From assembly GCA_963769935.1 (NCBI GenBank), contig CAVYNY010000022.1, forward strand, positions 320,001-384,000: a stretch of DNA of 64,000 nucleotides. Reading direction: 5' to 3'. Shown piece by piece: positions 9,947 through 19,983 of the stretch (position 1 is the stretch's first letter; the number at the start of each line of letters is the position of its first letter). The translations under genes and the position numbers were made by a program. This stretch comes from an uncultured delta proteobacterium (lineage in GTDB: Bacteria > Desulfobacterota > Desulfobacteria > Desulfobacterales > JAFDCJ01). Below the pieces are notes generated by a model. The model saw nothing but the letters and a program-made list of their open reading frames with translations, made no database searches and was not told where the DNA came from.

Positions 9947-11893
9947 ATGTGCGGTATATGCGGTAAAATTAATTATAATGGTGAACCGATCCCACGGGAG
10001 TTGCTCCAAAGGATGTGCAACTCCTTTTCTTGCAGGGGACCTGACGATGAAGGCATCTATTTAGGGAACCAACACGACGAATGGTCTCAGCAGGTCAAGG
10101 TCGGTTTGGGGCATACGAGATTGTCGATCATGGATGTGTCCCCTGCCGGCCATCAGCCGATGTCAAATGAGGACCAATCGGTCTGGATAACCTATAACGG
10201 CGAAATATACAATTTCCGAGAAATCAGAGCTGAACTGAAGCGCAACGGCCACACCTTTATCAGCAACACAGATACAGAGGTTGTTGTTCACCTGTATGAA
10301 GAAGAAGGACTAAGGGCCGTTGAACAATTCAACGGTATGTTCGCTTTTGCCCTCTGGGACTGCAGACTGGAAAGGCTTTGGCTGTGTCGGGACCGCCTGG
10401 GTATTAAACCGCTCGTATATTACTGGGATGGAAGGCATTTCGCATTTGCTTCTGAAATCAAGGCTCTTTTAGCTGACCCGGCCATTCCAAAAGAACTAAA
10501 TCATGACGCTCTTTTTCTCTACCTTGCTTTCAATTACGTTCCGGCGCCGTACACAATTTTTAAAGGCATTAAAAAGTTGGAGCCCGGGAGATACTTGACC
10601 CTTCAGGATAATAATCTTGAAGTAAGGAAATATTGGGACACACATCAAACGATTGAACCGGATATTTCATCTTTAACATCTGCAGCGCAGGAAGATCTAT
10701 ATAAAAAGCGTCTTTTTGAAAGCCTTGATGATGCGGTGAAGGCCAGGATGATTGCCGATGTCCCCTTAGGAGCATTTTTGAGTGGTGGAATTGATTCCAG
10801 TATAATTGTGGCGCTTATGACTCGCCATTCAAACAAACCGGTTAAAACTTTTTCAATCGGGTATGCCGACGATAAGCTCTACGACGAAACAGACTATGCC
10901 GTGGAAGTTTCGAATTTCTGCAACACAGAACATTACAAACTTAATCTCTCATTTCGGGATATGCTGGCAGCGCTTCCGGATATCATTTCTTCTTTTGATG
11001 AACCGTTTGCCGACTCATCTGCGATTCCGGCGTATCTTGTGTCAAGAGAAACAAGAAGGCATGTAACCGTTGCGCTGTCAGGTGACGGCGGCGATGAGCT
11101 TTTTGCAGGCTATCGTTCCTATCTGGCAGAATATTGGTTCGCAAAATATATGTTGATTCCCGGTTTGTTGCGGGAAGGATTAATTGAAAAATTCATCAAT
11201 TTACTCCCTGATTCAAGAGTCACGAGAAGCCTGGAATACATCCGGAGATTGAAGAAATTTATTAAAGGGACCAAGGGATCTTTTCCTGACAGAGTTCTTG
11301 CATTAAAAGAGATTTTCCCAAAAGACATCCGACAAAAGATACTCTTAGAGCCTAAAAAGCATAAGAATGAATCCTTGAAAGATCCGGCTCTGGAATGGGT
11401 TGAAAGATTATTGGATTACGATCAGGGCGATAGACTAAATTCTATCCTTTACTCTGATCTGAAGGATTCCCTGCCAGGCGACATGCTCACCAAAGTAGAT
11501 TGGATGAGCATGAAAAATTCCTTGGAAGTTCGCGTCCCGTTTCTGGATCACCGTCTTGTGGAAATGGCATTTCAGATGCCCGGCTCATTGAAGCTTAAAA
11601 ACGGCAAAACCAAATACATCCTAAAGGAAGCATTTAAGGATCTTCTCCCTCCCAGAGTATACCGGCGCCCGAAGGCCGGTTTTGAAGTCCCGATAAGCCG
11701 GTGGTTGAAGAACGAGCTGAAATTCCTACTCGACCAATATCTATCGGAAAATAAAATTCAAAACCAGGGCATATTTGATCCGGAAATTGTCAAGCATCTT
11801 GTGGAGCAACATTTGCGAGGCAAAACCGATACATCCTGGATGCTCTGGAATTTAATCATATTCCAGTGCTGGTTCGAAACCTATTATTTATAA
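9947..11893 (+). CDS. asnB: Second asparagine synthase family amidotransferase
   Basis: MCGICG, RGPDDEG, YNGEIYN, LSGGIDSS, SGDGGDE, KVDWMSMKNSLEVRVPFLD. Confidence 0.92.
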   Translation: MCGICGKINYNGEPIPRELLQRMCNSFSCRGPDDEGIYLGNQHDEWSQQVKVGLGHTRLSIMDVSPAGHQPMSNEDQSVWITYNGEIYNFREIRAELKRNGHTFISNTDTEVVVHLYEEEGLRAVEQFNGMFAFALWDCRLERLWLCRDRLGIKPLVYYWDGRHFAFASEIKALLADPAIPKELNHDALFLYLAFNYVPAPYTIFKGIKKLEPGRYLTLQDNNLEVRKYWDTHQTIEPDISSLTSAAQEDLYKKRLFESLDDAVKARMIADVPLGAFLSGGIDSSIIVALMTRHSNKPVKTFSIGYADDKLYDETDYAVEVSNFCNTEHYKLNLSFRDMLAALPDIISSFDEPFADSSAIPAYLVSRETRRHVTVALSGDGGDELFAGYRSYLAEYWFAKYMLIPGLLREGLIEKFINLLPDSRVTRSLEYIRRLKKFIKGTKGSFPDRVLALKEIFPKDIRQKILLEPKKHKNESLKDPALEWVERLLDYDQGDRLNSILYSDLKDSLPGDMLTKVDWMSMKNSLEVRVPFLDHRLVEMAFQMPGSLKLKNGKTKYILKEAFKDLLPPRVYRRPKAGFEVPISRWLKNELKFLLDQYLSENKIQNQGIFDPEIVKHLVEQHLRGKTDTSWMLWNLIIFQCWFETYYL

Positions 11894-11975
11894 AATTCAC
11901 CATTTTTTGGCTTTTGCCGGAAAAACCCAAGCCATCCCGCACAAACCAAGGGATGGCGGCTGGTGAACTGCTCGC

Positions 11976-13190
11976 ATGACGAAAATTTTGCATATCATCA
12001 CCCGCCTGGATATGGGTGGCTCGGCGCAGAACACCCTCCTTACCTGCCAAAAATTGAGCGGGAAATATCAAATGGTTTTGGTTCGCGGACTTTCGCTGGA
12101 GTCGAACATGACGGATTCCGAGAAACAGGCCGTTGAAAAGGGGCTTATAAGCGCCCGAGGAAAAGGGGTCAAAATTGTTGCGGTTCCATCACTGATGCGT
12201 CGAATCAGTCCGGTCAATGATATTCGCGCTTTGTATGATCTAGTTCGGATAATTCAAAGAGAAAGACCGGACATCGTTCACACCCACACTTCCAAGGCCG
12301 GCATATTAGGACGATTGGCCGCTAAAATCGCCAGAGTTCCTTACATTGTTCACACCCCCCACGGCCATGTTTTTTACGGTCACTTCAGCCGCACACTTTC
12401 CTTGGTTTTTCTCTGGCTTGAAAGGCTTTTTGCACTGTTTACCGATCGTTTGGTAGCGCTGACCGAAGGTGAGGTGCAAGACTACCTTGACCTTTCGGTA
12501 TATCCGCCGGATAGGATCATTAAGATTCATAGCGGCATCGACCTCCAAAAATTTCAATTCGCTAAAATTTCCATCATCGATAAAAAGCGGTCGCTGGGAA
12601 TTGAAACCAATGGCCATACCGTCGGCTTTGTCGGCTGGCTGCTTCCCATCAAAGGTCCGATGCATCTTTTGCAGGCGATGGAATATGTATGGCAGGAATA
12701 TGATGACACCAATTTAGTGTTTGTCGGTAAAGGAGACCTGGACGTTGATCTTAGATCGGAAGCTCTAAAATTAAACGAAAACGGCAGGGTCAGGTTTCTG
12801 GGATGGCGGGACGATATCGAGGAAATCATGCCGGTTTTCGACATTTTTGTACTTCCATCTTTGAATGAGGGAATGGGGCGGGTGCTGGTCGAAGCTATGG
12901 CAGCCGGAAAGCCGGTGATCGCAAGCCGGGTAGGCGGTATTCCGGATTTAGTACAACACGGCAAAAACGGCCTGCTGGTGCCGCCGGGAGATGAAAAAGC
13001 GCTGGCAGCCTGCATCCGGTTTCTCATCGAAAACCCTGAAGAAGCAGAAATAATGGGCAAGTCGGGCAGGGAATTCTGCCATCAGTTCAGCGTCGAAGCG
13101 ATGGTTGAAAAAATAGATCATCTGTATAGAGATCTGAGCGGATCCGGCATCTATCATTTCAACGATTCTACGAATCAAACATTTAACTAG
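11976..13190 (+). CDS. GT4 glycosyltransferase
   Basis: KILHIITRLDMGGS, HTHTSKAG, PSLNEGMGRVLVEAMAAGKPV. Confidence 0.92.
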   Translation: MTKILHIITRLDMGGSAQNTLLTCQKLSGKYQMVLVRGLSLESNMTDSEKQAVEKGLISARGKGVKIVAVPSLMRRISPVNDIRALYDLVRIIQRERPDIVHTHTSKAGILGRLAAKIARVPYIVHTPHGHVFYGHFSRTLSLVFLWLERLFALFTDRLVALTEGEVQDYLDLSVYPPDRIIKIHSGIDLQKFQFAKISIIDKKRSLGIETNGHTVGFVGWLLPIKGPMHLLQAMEYVWQEYDDTNLVFVGKGDLDVDLRSEALKLNENGRVRFLGWRDDIEEIMPVFDIFVLPSLNEGMGRVLVEAMAAGKPVIASRVGGIPDLVQHGKNGLLVPPGDEKALAACIRFLIENPEEAEIMGKSGREFCHQFSVEAMVEKIDHLYRDLSGSGIYHFNDSTNQTFN

Positions 13191-13206
13191 GCTGCCATTT
13201 AAAATA

Positions 13207-15061
13207 TTGAAGACCTGGTTTTCATATCTGAAGCAAGGGCTTGCGCGGCAAATGCCGGAAGACCGAATTGCAGGTGAGCGGGATTATTCGAGCCTGCGGG
13301 TGAATCTTAAAAATCTGCTCCCCTATCTCAAGCGTCACTGGCGCAAAGGCTTTTTCGGTTTTTTGCTTATTGCGGCCGCTTCTCTTTTTGCATTTCCACC
13401 GCCGTTGATCACCCGCTATTTGGTAGATGATGTCATATTGGGTCGTAACGCGGGACTCCTGACCGGAGCCCTCCTTTTGCTGATCGGATGCTTGATGGCT
13501 GAAAAACTCGCCCGGGTGCTGGAAGAATTTTATTTTGCCCGGTTTGAACAACACGTGACCCTTGATATCCAAAAAGATCTTTTCACCCGGATACTGCACT
13601 TGCCCAGGTCTTTTTTTGACAGCAACCAAACCGGCTATCTGCAATCCAGGTTGTCCGAAGAGGTGGACGAACTGCGGTGGTTTTTTTCCAGCACCATCGT
13701 GCATATCATCAGCAATTGTCTGCGCTTTGTCGGCGGTGTTATTTTTCTTTTTTATCTGGAATGGAAATTAACCCTGGCAGTCCTGGTGCTGCTGCCCTTC
13801 ATAGTGTGGTGCACCCGCTATTTCTCATCGAAAATTACATATTTTAAGTCATCGGGCATTGGAACAAAAGGCCGATGCATCCAGCCAGCTTCAGGAATCT
13901 TTATCTGAGACTGAACTGATCAAAGCATTTGCATCCGAGGATCATACGGTGAAACGGCTCCTGGCACCGTTAAGGCAGTTGATTCAACTGTCGCTTGAAA
14001 GAACAACCGTCGGCTCCGTCGCAAATCTGGTGATCAACTCCATGCCCGGGATCGCTAGGATCCTGAGTCTGGCGGTTGGGGCGTATTGGATCATTACAGG
14101 TCAATGGACGCTTGGATCCTTGTTGGCCTTTCAAGCTTATTTGGCCTATGTGTTTGGGCCGGTGCAATTTTTGGCATCGGCGAATATGCAATTTCAAAAA
14201 TCACTGGCGGCGTTGGAGCGAATTTCAGTCCTGTTTGACATCGTGCCTGAGGAGAGTACCGGGGGTAGTCAAAAAATATCGAGGTTAAAGGGTGAAATAG
14301 AATTTAAAAACGTATCCTTCGGATACAACCGTCAGGCACCGGTGCTTAAAAATCTCGACCTGCACATTTATCCCGGTGAGCGTATTGCCATTTTGGGGCC
14401 CAGCGGCGTGGGCAAAACAACCCTGCTGAGTCTGATTTTGCATTTTTATAGTCCGACATCAGGAGAAATTTTGTTTGATGGGTTGCCGGCTTGGCAATAT
14501 GACGTCGGATCTTTGAGAAAACGCATTGGATATGTTGCCCAGCAATCCAGACTGCTGAAAGATACCATTTTCGAAAATCTCCGCTACGGAAACCCGAACG
14601 CCGATTTCGAGCAGGTAATTCAAGCAGCTAAAATAGCAGATATTCATGATTTCATTGAAAGTTTGCCGGAAGGATATGCTACCAGAATCGGAAAATATGG
14701 CCTCAATCTGTCGGAGGGCCAAAAACAGAGAATTTCGATTGCGCGGGCCCTGGTCAAGGATCCGGATATTTTCATTTTCGACGAACCTACAGCGGCCGTG
14801 GACATGGAAACCGAAAAATCTATTTTCAAAGAATTTTCCAAGCTGACTGAGAGCAAGACGCTATTTGTGGTCTCGCATCGGCCTTCAATCATCAAAGATG
14901 CGAATCGGGTTCTATTACTGAATGAGGAACAGGTCCTGGATAGCGGAACGCACCAGTCGCTCCTCGAATCCAATGATTACTACCGGTCCATGATTGCAAG
15001 TCCGAAATCTGAAGACTTAGAAGAGAAAACTTCCTTTTCGGTTTTTGCGACTCGAGCATAG
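13207..15061 (+). CDS. ABC exporter, fused TMD-NBD (MsbA-like); split by a +1 frameshift near 13831
   Basis: Two overlapping ORFs join if one A is removed from TCGAAAATTACAT (SKLHILSHRALEQK); Walker A GPSGVGKT, signature LSEGQKQR, Walker B FIFDEPT. Confidence 0.85.
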
Positions 15062-15076
15062 CCCCGCGAGCGGGGC
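15061..15076. repeat. Short GC-rich palindrome between the ABC and rSAM genes
   Basis: GCCCCGC-GA-GCGGGGC. Confidence 0.45.
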
Positions 15077-15112
15077 GCAAGCTCGGGCGGTGATTCAAAA
15101 AAGTGATAAAAA

Positions 15113-16297
15113 ATGAAAGTTCAAGCCTACGGCGACTGGAGTCTGGGCGTTCACCGGCGCCTGTCCACAAAACGAATACCGATCAGCGGCTGTATTGAAA
15201 TAACGCAGCGGTGCAACAATCATTGCGTTCACTGTTACAACAATCTTTCCGTCGGAGACCGGCAAGCCAGAAAGGCGGAACTTGTCTTAGACGAATATTG
15301 CCGGATCCTGGACGAAATTGTCGATGCCGGGTGTCTCTGGCTGCTTTTCACAGGCGGCGAAATTTTTATCCGCCAAGACTTTCTCGATATATATACATAT
15401 GCCAGGCGAAAGGGATTGCTGATTACTCTCTTTACCAATGGGACTCTAATCAGTCCCGAAATTGCCGATCAACTGGCCCAATCTCCTCCTTTCTCAATTG
15501 AAATCACAATTTATGGCCGTACAAAAGCAACCTATGAATCAATTACGAAAATTGACGGATCATTTGAGCGCTGCTTCAATGGCATCCATTTATTGATGGA
15601 CCACAAGCTGCCTCTCAAACTCAAAACCATGGCCATCACACGCTAACCATCATGAAATTCAGGAGATGAGGCGGTTTGTAGAAGAAGATCTTGGTTTGGA
15701 GTTTAAATTTGACGCCATGATAAATCCCCGCCTGGATTGTTCACAAAGTCCGCTCGATGTTCGGTTAACACCGGCTGAAGTGGTGGAATTGGATCTAAGG
15801 TATCCTGAAAGGAGCCACCGAATGGAAACACTTTGCAGAGCGTTTCATCAAACCTGAAATTGAGACTGAATATCCAACCAACCTTTATGTTTGCGGTGCA
15901 GGGAATAATTCATTTGCCATAGATCCTTACGGCAGATTGCGCCTGTGCGTCTTATCATCAACCGACTCATACGATTTGCGCAAAGGTAGCTTTATGGAAG
16001 GGTGGGATAAGCATCTGGCAGCTGCCAGACGGAAAAAAGCCTCACGCCATACCAAATGTACCTATCTGTCGGCTAAAATCCATGTGCGGAATGTGCCCGG
16101 CCAACAGCGAACTCGAATGCGGCGACGCAGAGGCCCCGGTCGATTTCCTCTGCCGGGTGGCGCATTTAAGAGCGTATGCTTTCGACCTTCCGATAGCCCC
16201 GCATGGGAAGTGTGAATATTGTGAGGGGGGGCACCGATATGCTGAGATGATGGAGACGGCCAAAGGCCTGAAGGAGCGCTTCGCCCCGGTGAAATGA
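15113..16297 (+). CDS. Radical SAM protein with SPASM domain; three apparent +1 frameshifts (~15643, ~15813, ~16063)
   Basis: CNNHCVHC and FTGGE; removing three single bases gives ~393 aa with CGAGNNSFAIDPYGRLRLC and CTICRLKSMCGMCP. Confidence 0.85.
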
Positions 16298-16483
16298 ACT
16301 TCGTATTTCACTGGGCAAGCTTGAGGAGCTTCGCCTGCGACGAATTGACGAGCGGCACTGCGTGCCTTTATGAGCGTCCTGCAATGCAGGACTTGAGAAA
16401 GAGTTTAAAACGCAGATCTTAATTGTTCCAACCCCACAGATCAAAAATTCCCTAAAGCGAAGCGCTCCGCGAAGCAGTGAGCC

Positions 16484-16975
16484 ATGTTTCCCGAACTCAT
16501 AACAGATCTTTTGCAGGAAGGCTACAAGGTTAGCTTCAGTGCACCAGGTCATAGTATGTTTCCCACCATTATGGCCAATGAAACCATTGTGGTCGAACCC
16601 ATTGATCCCGGAACGGTCAGGATGGGAGACATCATATTATATCGAACAAACGGCCGGCTAATTGCCCACCGGGTTGTCGGCATCAATGTGCCTCTTGATG
16701 ACGGCTCTTCGTCACGCTCAGACCCTGAGGCGCAGTCCTCAGTCCTCAGTCCTCATTGCTTATTCATTTTGCGAGGCGATGCTTCCCCCGCATGCGATGC
16801 GCCCGTAAAAGCCGGACAGATTCTGGGCAAAGTTGTTTCGATCCAAAGAAACGGCCGTAGTATTGAGCCGTATAGTTTTAAATACAAAATAGGCTGCTTG
16901 GCCACTGTCTGGAGTGGTCGTATTAAACGATTACCTCGAAGAATCTTCTCAATTTTTTTCTTATGGGGGGGATAA
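16484..16975 (+). CDS. S24/S26 family (signal peptidase-like) serine peptidase
   Basis: GHSMFPTI (catalytic Ser box), GDIILY, AHRV, LRGDA, ILGKV. Confidence 0.8.
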   Translation: MFPELITDLLQEGYKVSFSAPGHSMFPTIMANETIVVEPIDPGTVRMGDIILYRTNGRLIAHRVVGINVPLDDGSSSRSDPEAQSSVLSPHCLFILRGDASPACDAPVKAGQILGKVVSIQRNGRSIEPYSFKYKIGCLATVWSGRIKRLPRRIFSIFFLWGG

Positions 16976-17000
16976 CATATTCAGGTTGGAAAATATTTCT

Positions 17001-18125
17001 ATGAGTAAACTTACAAACGAGCAAAAAATACTGGCATGTGCCGCTAAGCTTGATCCGACTGAGGAACAATTGGAAGAAATCCGCGGCTGTATGTCGACCA
17101 TCAATAAAGCCGATCACTTAATCGCTCTTGCCGTCAAGGAAGGATTGGCAGGCTTCCTTTATAAAAGCCTCTTGAAAGCAGGATTGCTGGAACCGCTTAT
17201 TCCCACCGATAAGCAAAGGCTCTATAATAATTACTATCTTACCATCCGCCATAACCTTAAGCTCATCCATACCTTGAATGAGATTCTGAACCCCTTTAGT
17301 CAAAATGATATTCAAGTGGTCCTGATGCAGGGAATTTCGCTGTTACAGCAGGTATACCGCGATATCGGATTGAGACCGATGACGGATTTGGATTTATGGG
17401 TTTTGCCGCCCAATTATCCTAAATTGATCGAATGTCTTATCGGCCAGGGTTTCCAAAGGAATTCTCTCTATCCCGATACGTTCACTAAGGGCGAAATAAT
17501 GTTGGATATCCATACTCATATAATGTGGGCCGATAGAATTCGTAGTCGAGATTTGTTGCTGACTAAATGCCAGGAAGAAATTTTCAATAATGCTCAGGTT
17601 ATCAATATTGAGAAAACAGCCGCGTTGTGCTTGAGTCCCTCCGACCAATTTTTGTACCTGAGCCTGCATGCCCTAAAACACAACTTTGAACGCCTGATCT
17701 GGTTAGTTGATATCAAATATCTGGTCTCACCCTGGGAACCCCCGGCCTGGACTAGGCTGATGGCTCGGGCTGAAGAATTGGGACAAAAAGCCATACTCAA
17801 TTATATGGTTTATCTTTTGAAAAATATATTCTGCCTCAAATTGCCGTCTGAAATATCATCTTATTTTGATAACTGGAGGCCGGGTTTTTTTGAACGCAAG
17901 ATATTGCAAAAAAGGGTAAATGGAAATTCAATTCCAACCTGGGCTCAGCTGATCCTTATTTCGACCGGCAAAAGTATGCGAAAAAGAATATCCTTTATAA
18001 AAGAAACCCTCTTCCCCCGACCCAAGATATTAAGACAGGTTTTCCCCAACTCTGCTGGTTTATGCGATAGACAGCTTTACTGGAAAAGATTTCTACAAAT
18101 GCTGGGTTCGTTCAAGCTTAATTAA
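17001..18125 (+). CDS. Nucleotidyltransferase family protein (NTP_transf_5-like)
   Basis: VVLMQGISL..VY...GLRPMTDLDLWV, LDIH, LSLHALKH, LIWLVDI; ATG at 17001. Confidence 0.8.
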   Translation: MSKLTNEQKILACAAKLDPTEEQLEEIRGCMSTINKADHLIALAVKEGLAGFLYKSLLKAGLLEPLIPTDKQRLYNNYYLTIRHNLKLIHTLNEILNPFSQNDIQVVLMQGISLLQQVYRDIGLRPMTDLDLWVLPPNYPKLIECLIGQGFQRNSLYPDTFTKGEIMLDIHTHIMWADRIRSRDLLLTKCQEEIFNNAQVINIEKTAALCLSPSDQFLYLSLHALKHNFERLIWLVDIKYLVSPWEPPAWTRLMARAEELGQKAILNYMVYLLKNIFCLKLPSEISSYFDNWRPGFFERKILQKRVNGNSIPTWAQLILISTGKSMRKRISFIKETLFPRPKILRQVFPNSAGLCDRQLYWKRFLQMLGSFKLN

Positions 18126-18262
18126 ACCGCCCGGAAAATGGTACATTAAGGGTTGCAAATTGTTCTTGGAAGATTGAAGAAAGTCTTTGGATCGAGCATC
18201 CGGAGGATTAATTAATTCATGCTGCGCATTTTGCTTTACGCTGAGCCGCTTTTGCCTGTTTA

Positions 18263-18356
18263 ACCACTTTTCATCTTTTCACCTGCTCACCTTTTCATCT
18301 TCTCACCTTCGTCTTTTCCGCCTTCCCATCTTCTCAGATTCTAACCTTCTCATTTG
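18263..18356. repeat. Degenerate 8-nt tandem repeat array (TCACCTTY-like)
   Basis: tcatcttt tcacctgc tcaccttt tcatcttc tcaccttc ... between convergent genes. Confidence 0.75.
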
Positions 18357-18361
18357 CCTGA

Positions 18362-19180
18362 CTATTCAATCACCCTAAAGTCAATCCGCCGGTTTAGTGC
18401 TCGACCTGCTGAACTCTCATTTGAGGCGCTATTTCTGGCAGAACCATATCCCGCTGCCGTGATCCTATTCGATTCACTGTCTTTTTCTGCAGCAGTGCTG
18501 CTGCTGAATTTTTTTAGCAGCATCTTGGGGGCCTTGAATTGAATTGAGCTTAATTTAGAATGATCCACTGCTAATTGGGCGAAAGAATCCGGTTCAATCC
18601 TTATTTTGTCCGACAGTAGATCGCCGTGGATTAAATCACCATTTGACAACAACAAGGAAGCATTATCAGGCTTATCAGCATCAAATTCAATGCGGTTGAT
18701 GTCAGCGGCCTGATAAATCGCAGTCATATATTCAGTTCGAATCCTGATTTCGGGGTTCAACAGTTTCCCGGAAAATCGATCACCGACGCCCGTTGTAAAA
18801 ATTGTGGTTATCACCTGACGGCTCGGCCCGGCGGTTTCAAAAAAAATCGATTTAAGATCGTTCACACTTACGGTTTCAAGGAATTTATTTGTGAGAAGAA
18901 TTTGAATCTGCCTATTTAATATGGTGCCGCTAAAGAAATCATTGTTTATGGTTTCCAAGGAACCGGCGAATATTTGGTTATCATCTATGGTTATGTTTTT
19001 GCAGAACGGTTTTTTTAAAATGATCTGACCGAAAGACCCCTGAACCGCAAAATTTTCATTCTTTACGTCTCCAGTTAGTTTATCTCCATTTTGCAGCAGG
19101 ACGGTATCTGAGAATCCAATCCCGCCATGCAGGAAAAAACTTATGATTGACCCAGTCAATATTTTCAGGAATAGGTTCAT
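18362..19180 (-). CDS. Exported protein with repeated L.NGD...G beta units, ending in only the C-terminal fragment of an OmpA-like domain
   Basis: N-terminal hydrophobic signal; DTVLLQNGDKLTG / LLLSNGDLIHG; C-terminus RITAAGYG...N.S..GRALNRRIDF. Confidence 0.65.
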   Translation of the reverse strand: MNLFLKILTGSIISFFLHGGIGFSDTVLLQNGDKLTGDVKNENFAVQGSFGQIILKKPFCKNITIDDNQIFAGSLETINNDFFSGTILNRQIQILLTNKFLETVSVNDLKSIFFETAGPSRQVITTIFTTGVGDRFSGKLLNPEIRIRTEYMTAIYQAADINRIEFDADKPDNASLLLSNGDLIHGDLLSDKIRIEPDSFAQLAVDHSKLSSIQFKAPKMLLKKFSSSTAAEKDSESNRITAAGYGSARNSASNESSAGRALNRRIDFRVIE

Positions 19181-19252
19181 ATCGGGTTTGCCTCCATTTT
19201 GCGTTTACTATTTTAGTAAAATGCAACCTCTTATAAATAAATATACCGTATA

Positions 19253-19281
19253 AGTATAGGAATAAACAGGAGATTTGTCAA
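19253..19281 (-). promoter_or_regulatory. Sigma-70-type promoter for the 19180 gene
   Basis: TTGACA-N17-TATACT on the minus strand. Confidence 0.7.
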
Positions 19282-19338
19282 TTGTAAGTTCTCCCCGCTT
19301 CCTGAATGCCGCCTGAGCGGAAATTTGATCAGTATGAG

Positions 19339-19983
19339 TTATATGAAGATCTTCAGGCTGAAAATGGCGAGGTTGCCAAGGCAGTGAAGGGTTATGGGAA
19401 CGATAAGGTTTTGCTCTTTTTCATAGGCCAGAGCGAATAAGAGTCCGCCGGCGGTCTGGGTCAGGGGTATATTTGCGCCAATGGGATGGAAGAAGACAAA
19501 GATCAGGGTGCTCGAAATTACCGCAACCGCTGCTCCCCATCGTCTGAAAAATCCATAAATGATACCGCGGAAAAAAATTTCTTCAGTTATGGGTCCTATC
19601 ACCCCGCCTACCAGAAAAAAGATATAAATCTGGTGCCGGGACGAGTGCGGTGGTTTTCCAAAAAATCGCAGGGCATTGACGCCCGCAGCCAGCAAGACGA
19701 TATACACAGCTCCAACCAGAATGCCAAATCCCGCCGACCAGATCAAACCTTTCTTGAAACCGGCCGGAATGCGGGAAGGCGCCAGTCCGATGGCGCCCGG
19801 ATCCTTTTCAAGCAATAGCGTAACGGCTATCAGCGAAACGGCTTCCAGGCAGCGAATAAAGCCCAGCGCCGCTATGGGGGGCAGACTTTTCGCGGCCGGC
19901 ACCAGCCGGAAGAGTGCTTCTATGAGAAGAATTGAGGCAATGGCGGCCGCCAAGGTTTTTAAGGTGATTTTGTTTGCTTCCAT
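19339..19983 (-). CDS. CPBP (CAAX/Abi) family intramembrane metalloprotease
   Basis: PITEEIFFRG, FVFFH, HCLGN motifs; multiple TM segments. Confidence 0.88.
   Translation of the reverse strand: MEANKITLKTLAAAIASILLIEALFRLVPAAKSLPPIAALGFIRCLEAVSLIAVTLLLEKDPGAIGLAPSRIPAGFKKGLIWSAGFGILVGAVYIVLLAAGVNALRFFGKPPHSSRHQIYIFFLVGGVIGPITEEIFFRGIIYGFFRRWGAAVAVISSTLIFVFFHPIGANIPLTQTAGGLLFALAYEKEQNLIVPITLHCLGNLAIFSLKIFI

Noticed and set aside
4178..11893. AsnB-like genes as lasso peptide cyclases
   Set aside because: Both retain the N-terminal Ntn Cys (MCGICG) and a full glutaminase domain and sit among glycosyltransferases. No lasso precursor, transglutaminase-like B protein or RRE was seen.
18187..18378. 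Short ORFs 18187-18378 and 38864-39118 as RiPP precursors or small proteins
   Set aside because: They are translations of the 8-nt repeat arrays (FSSSHL / LLNFPA patterns) with weak starts.
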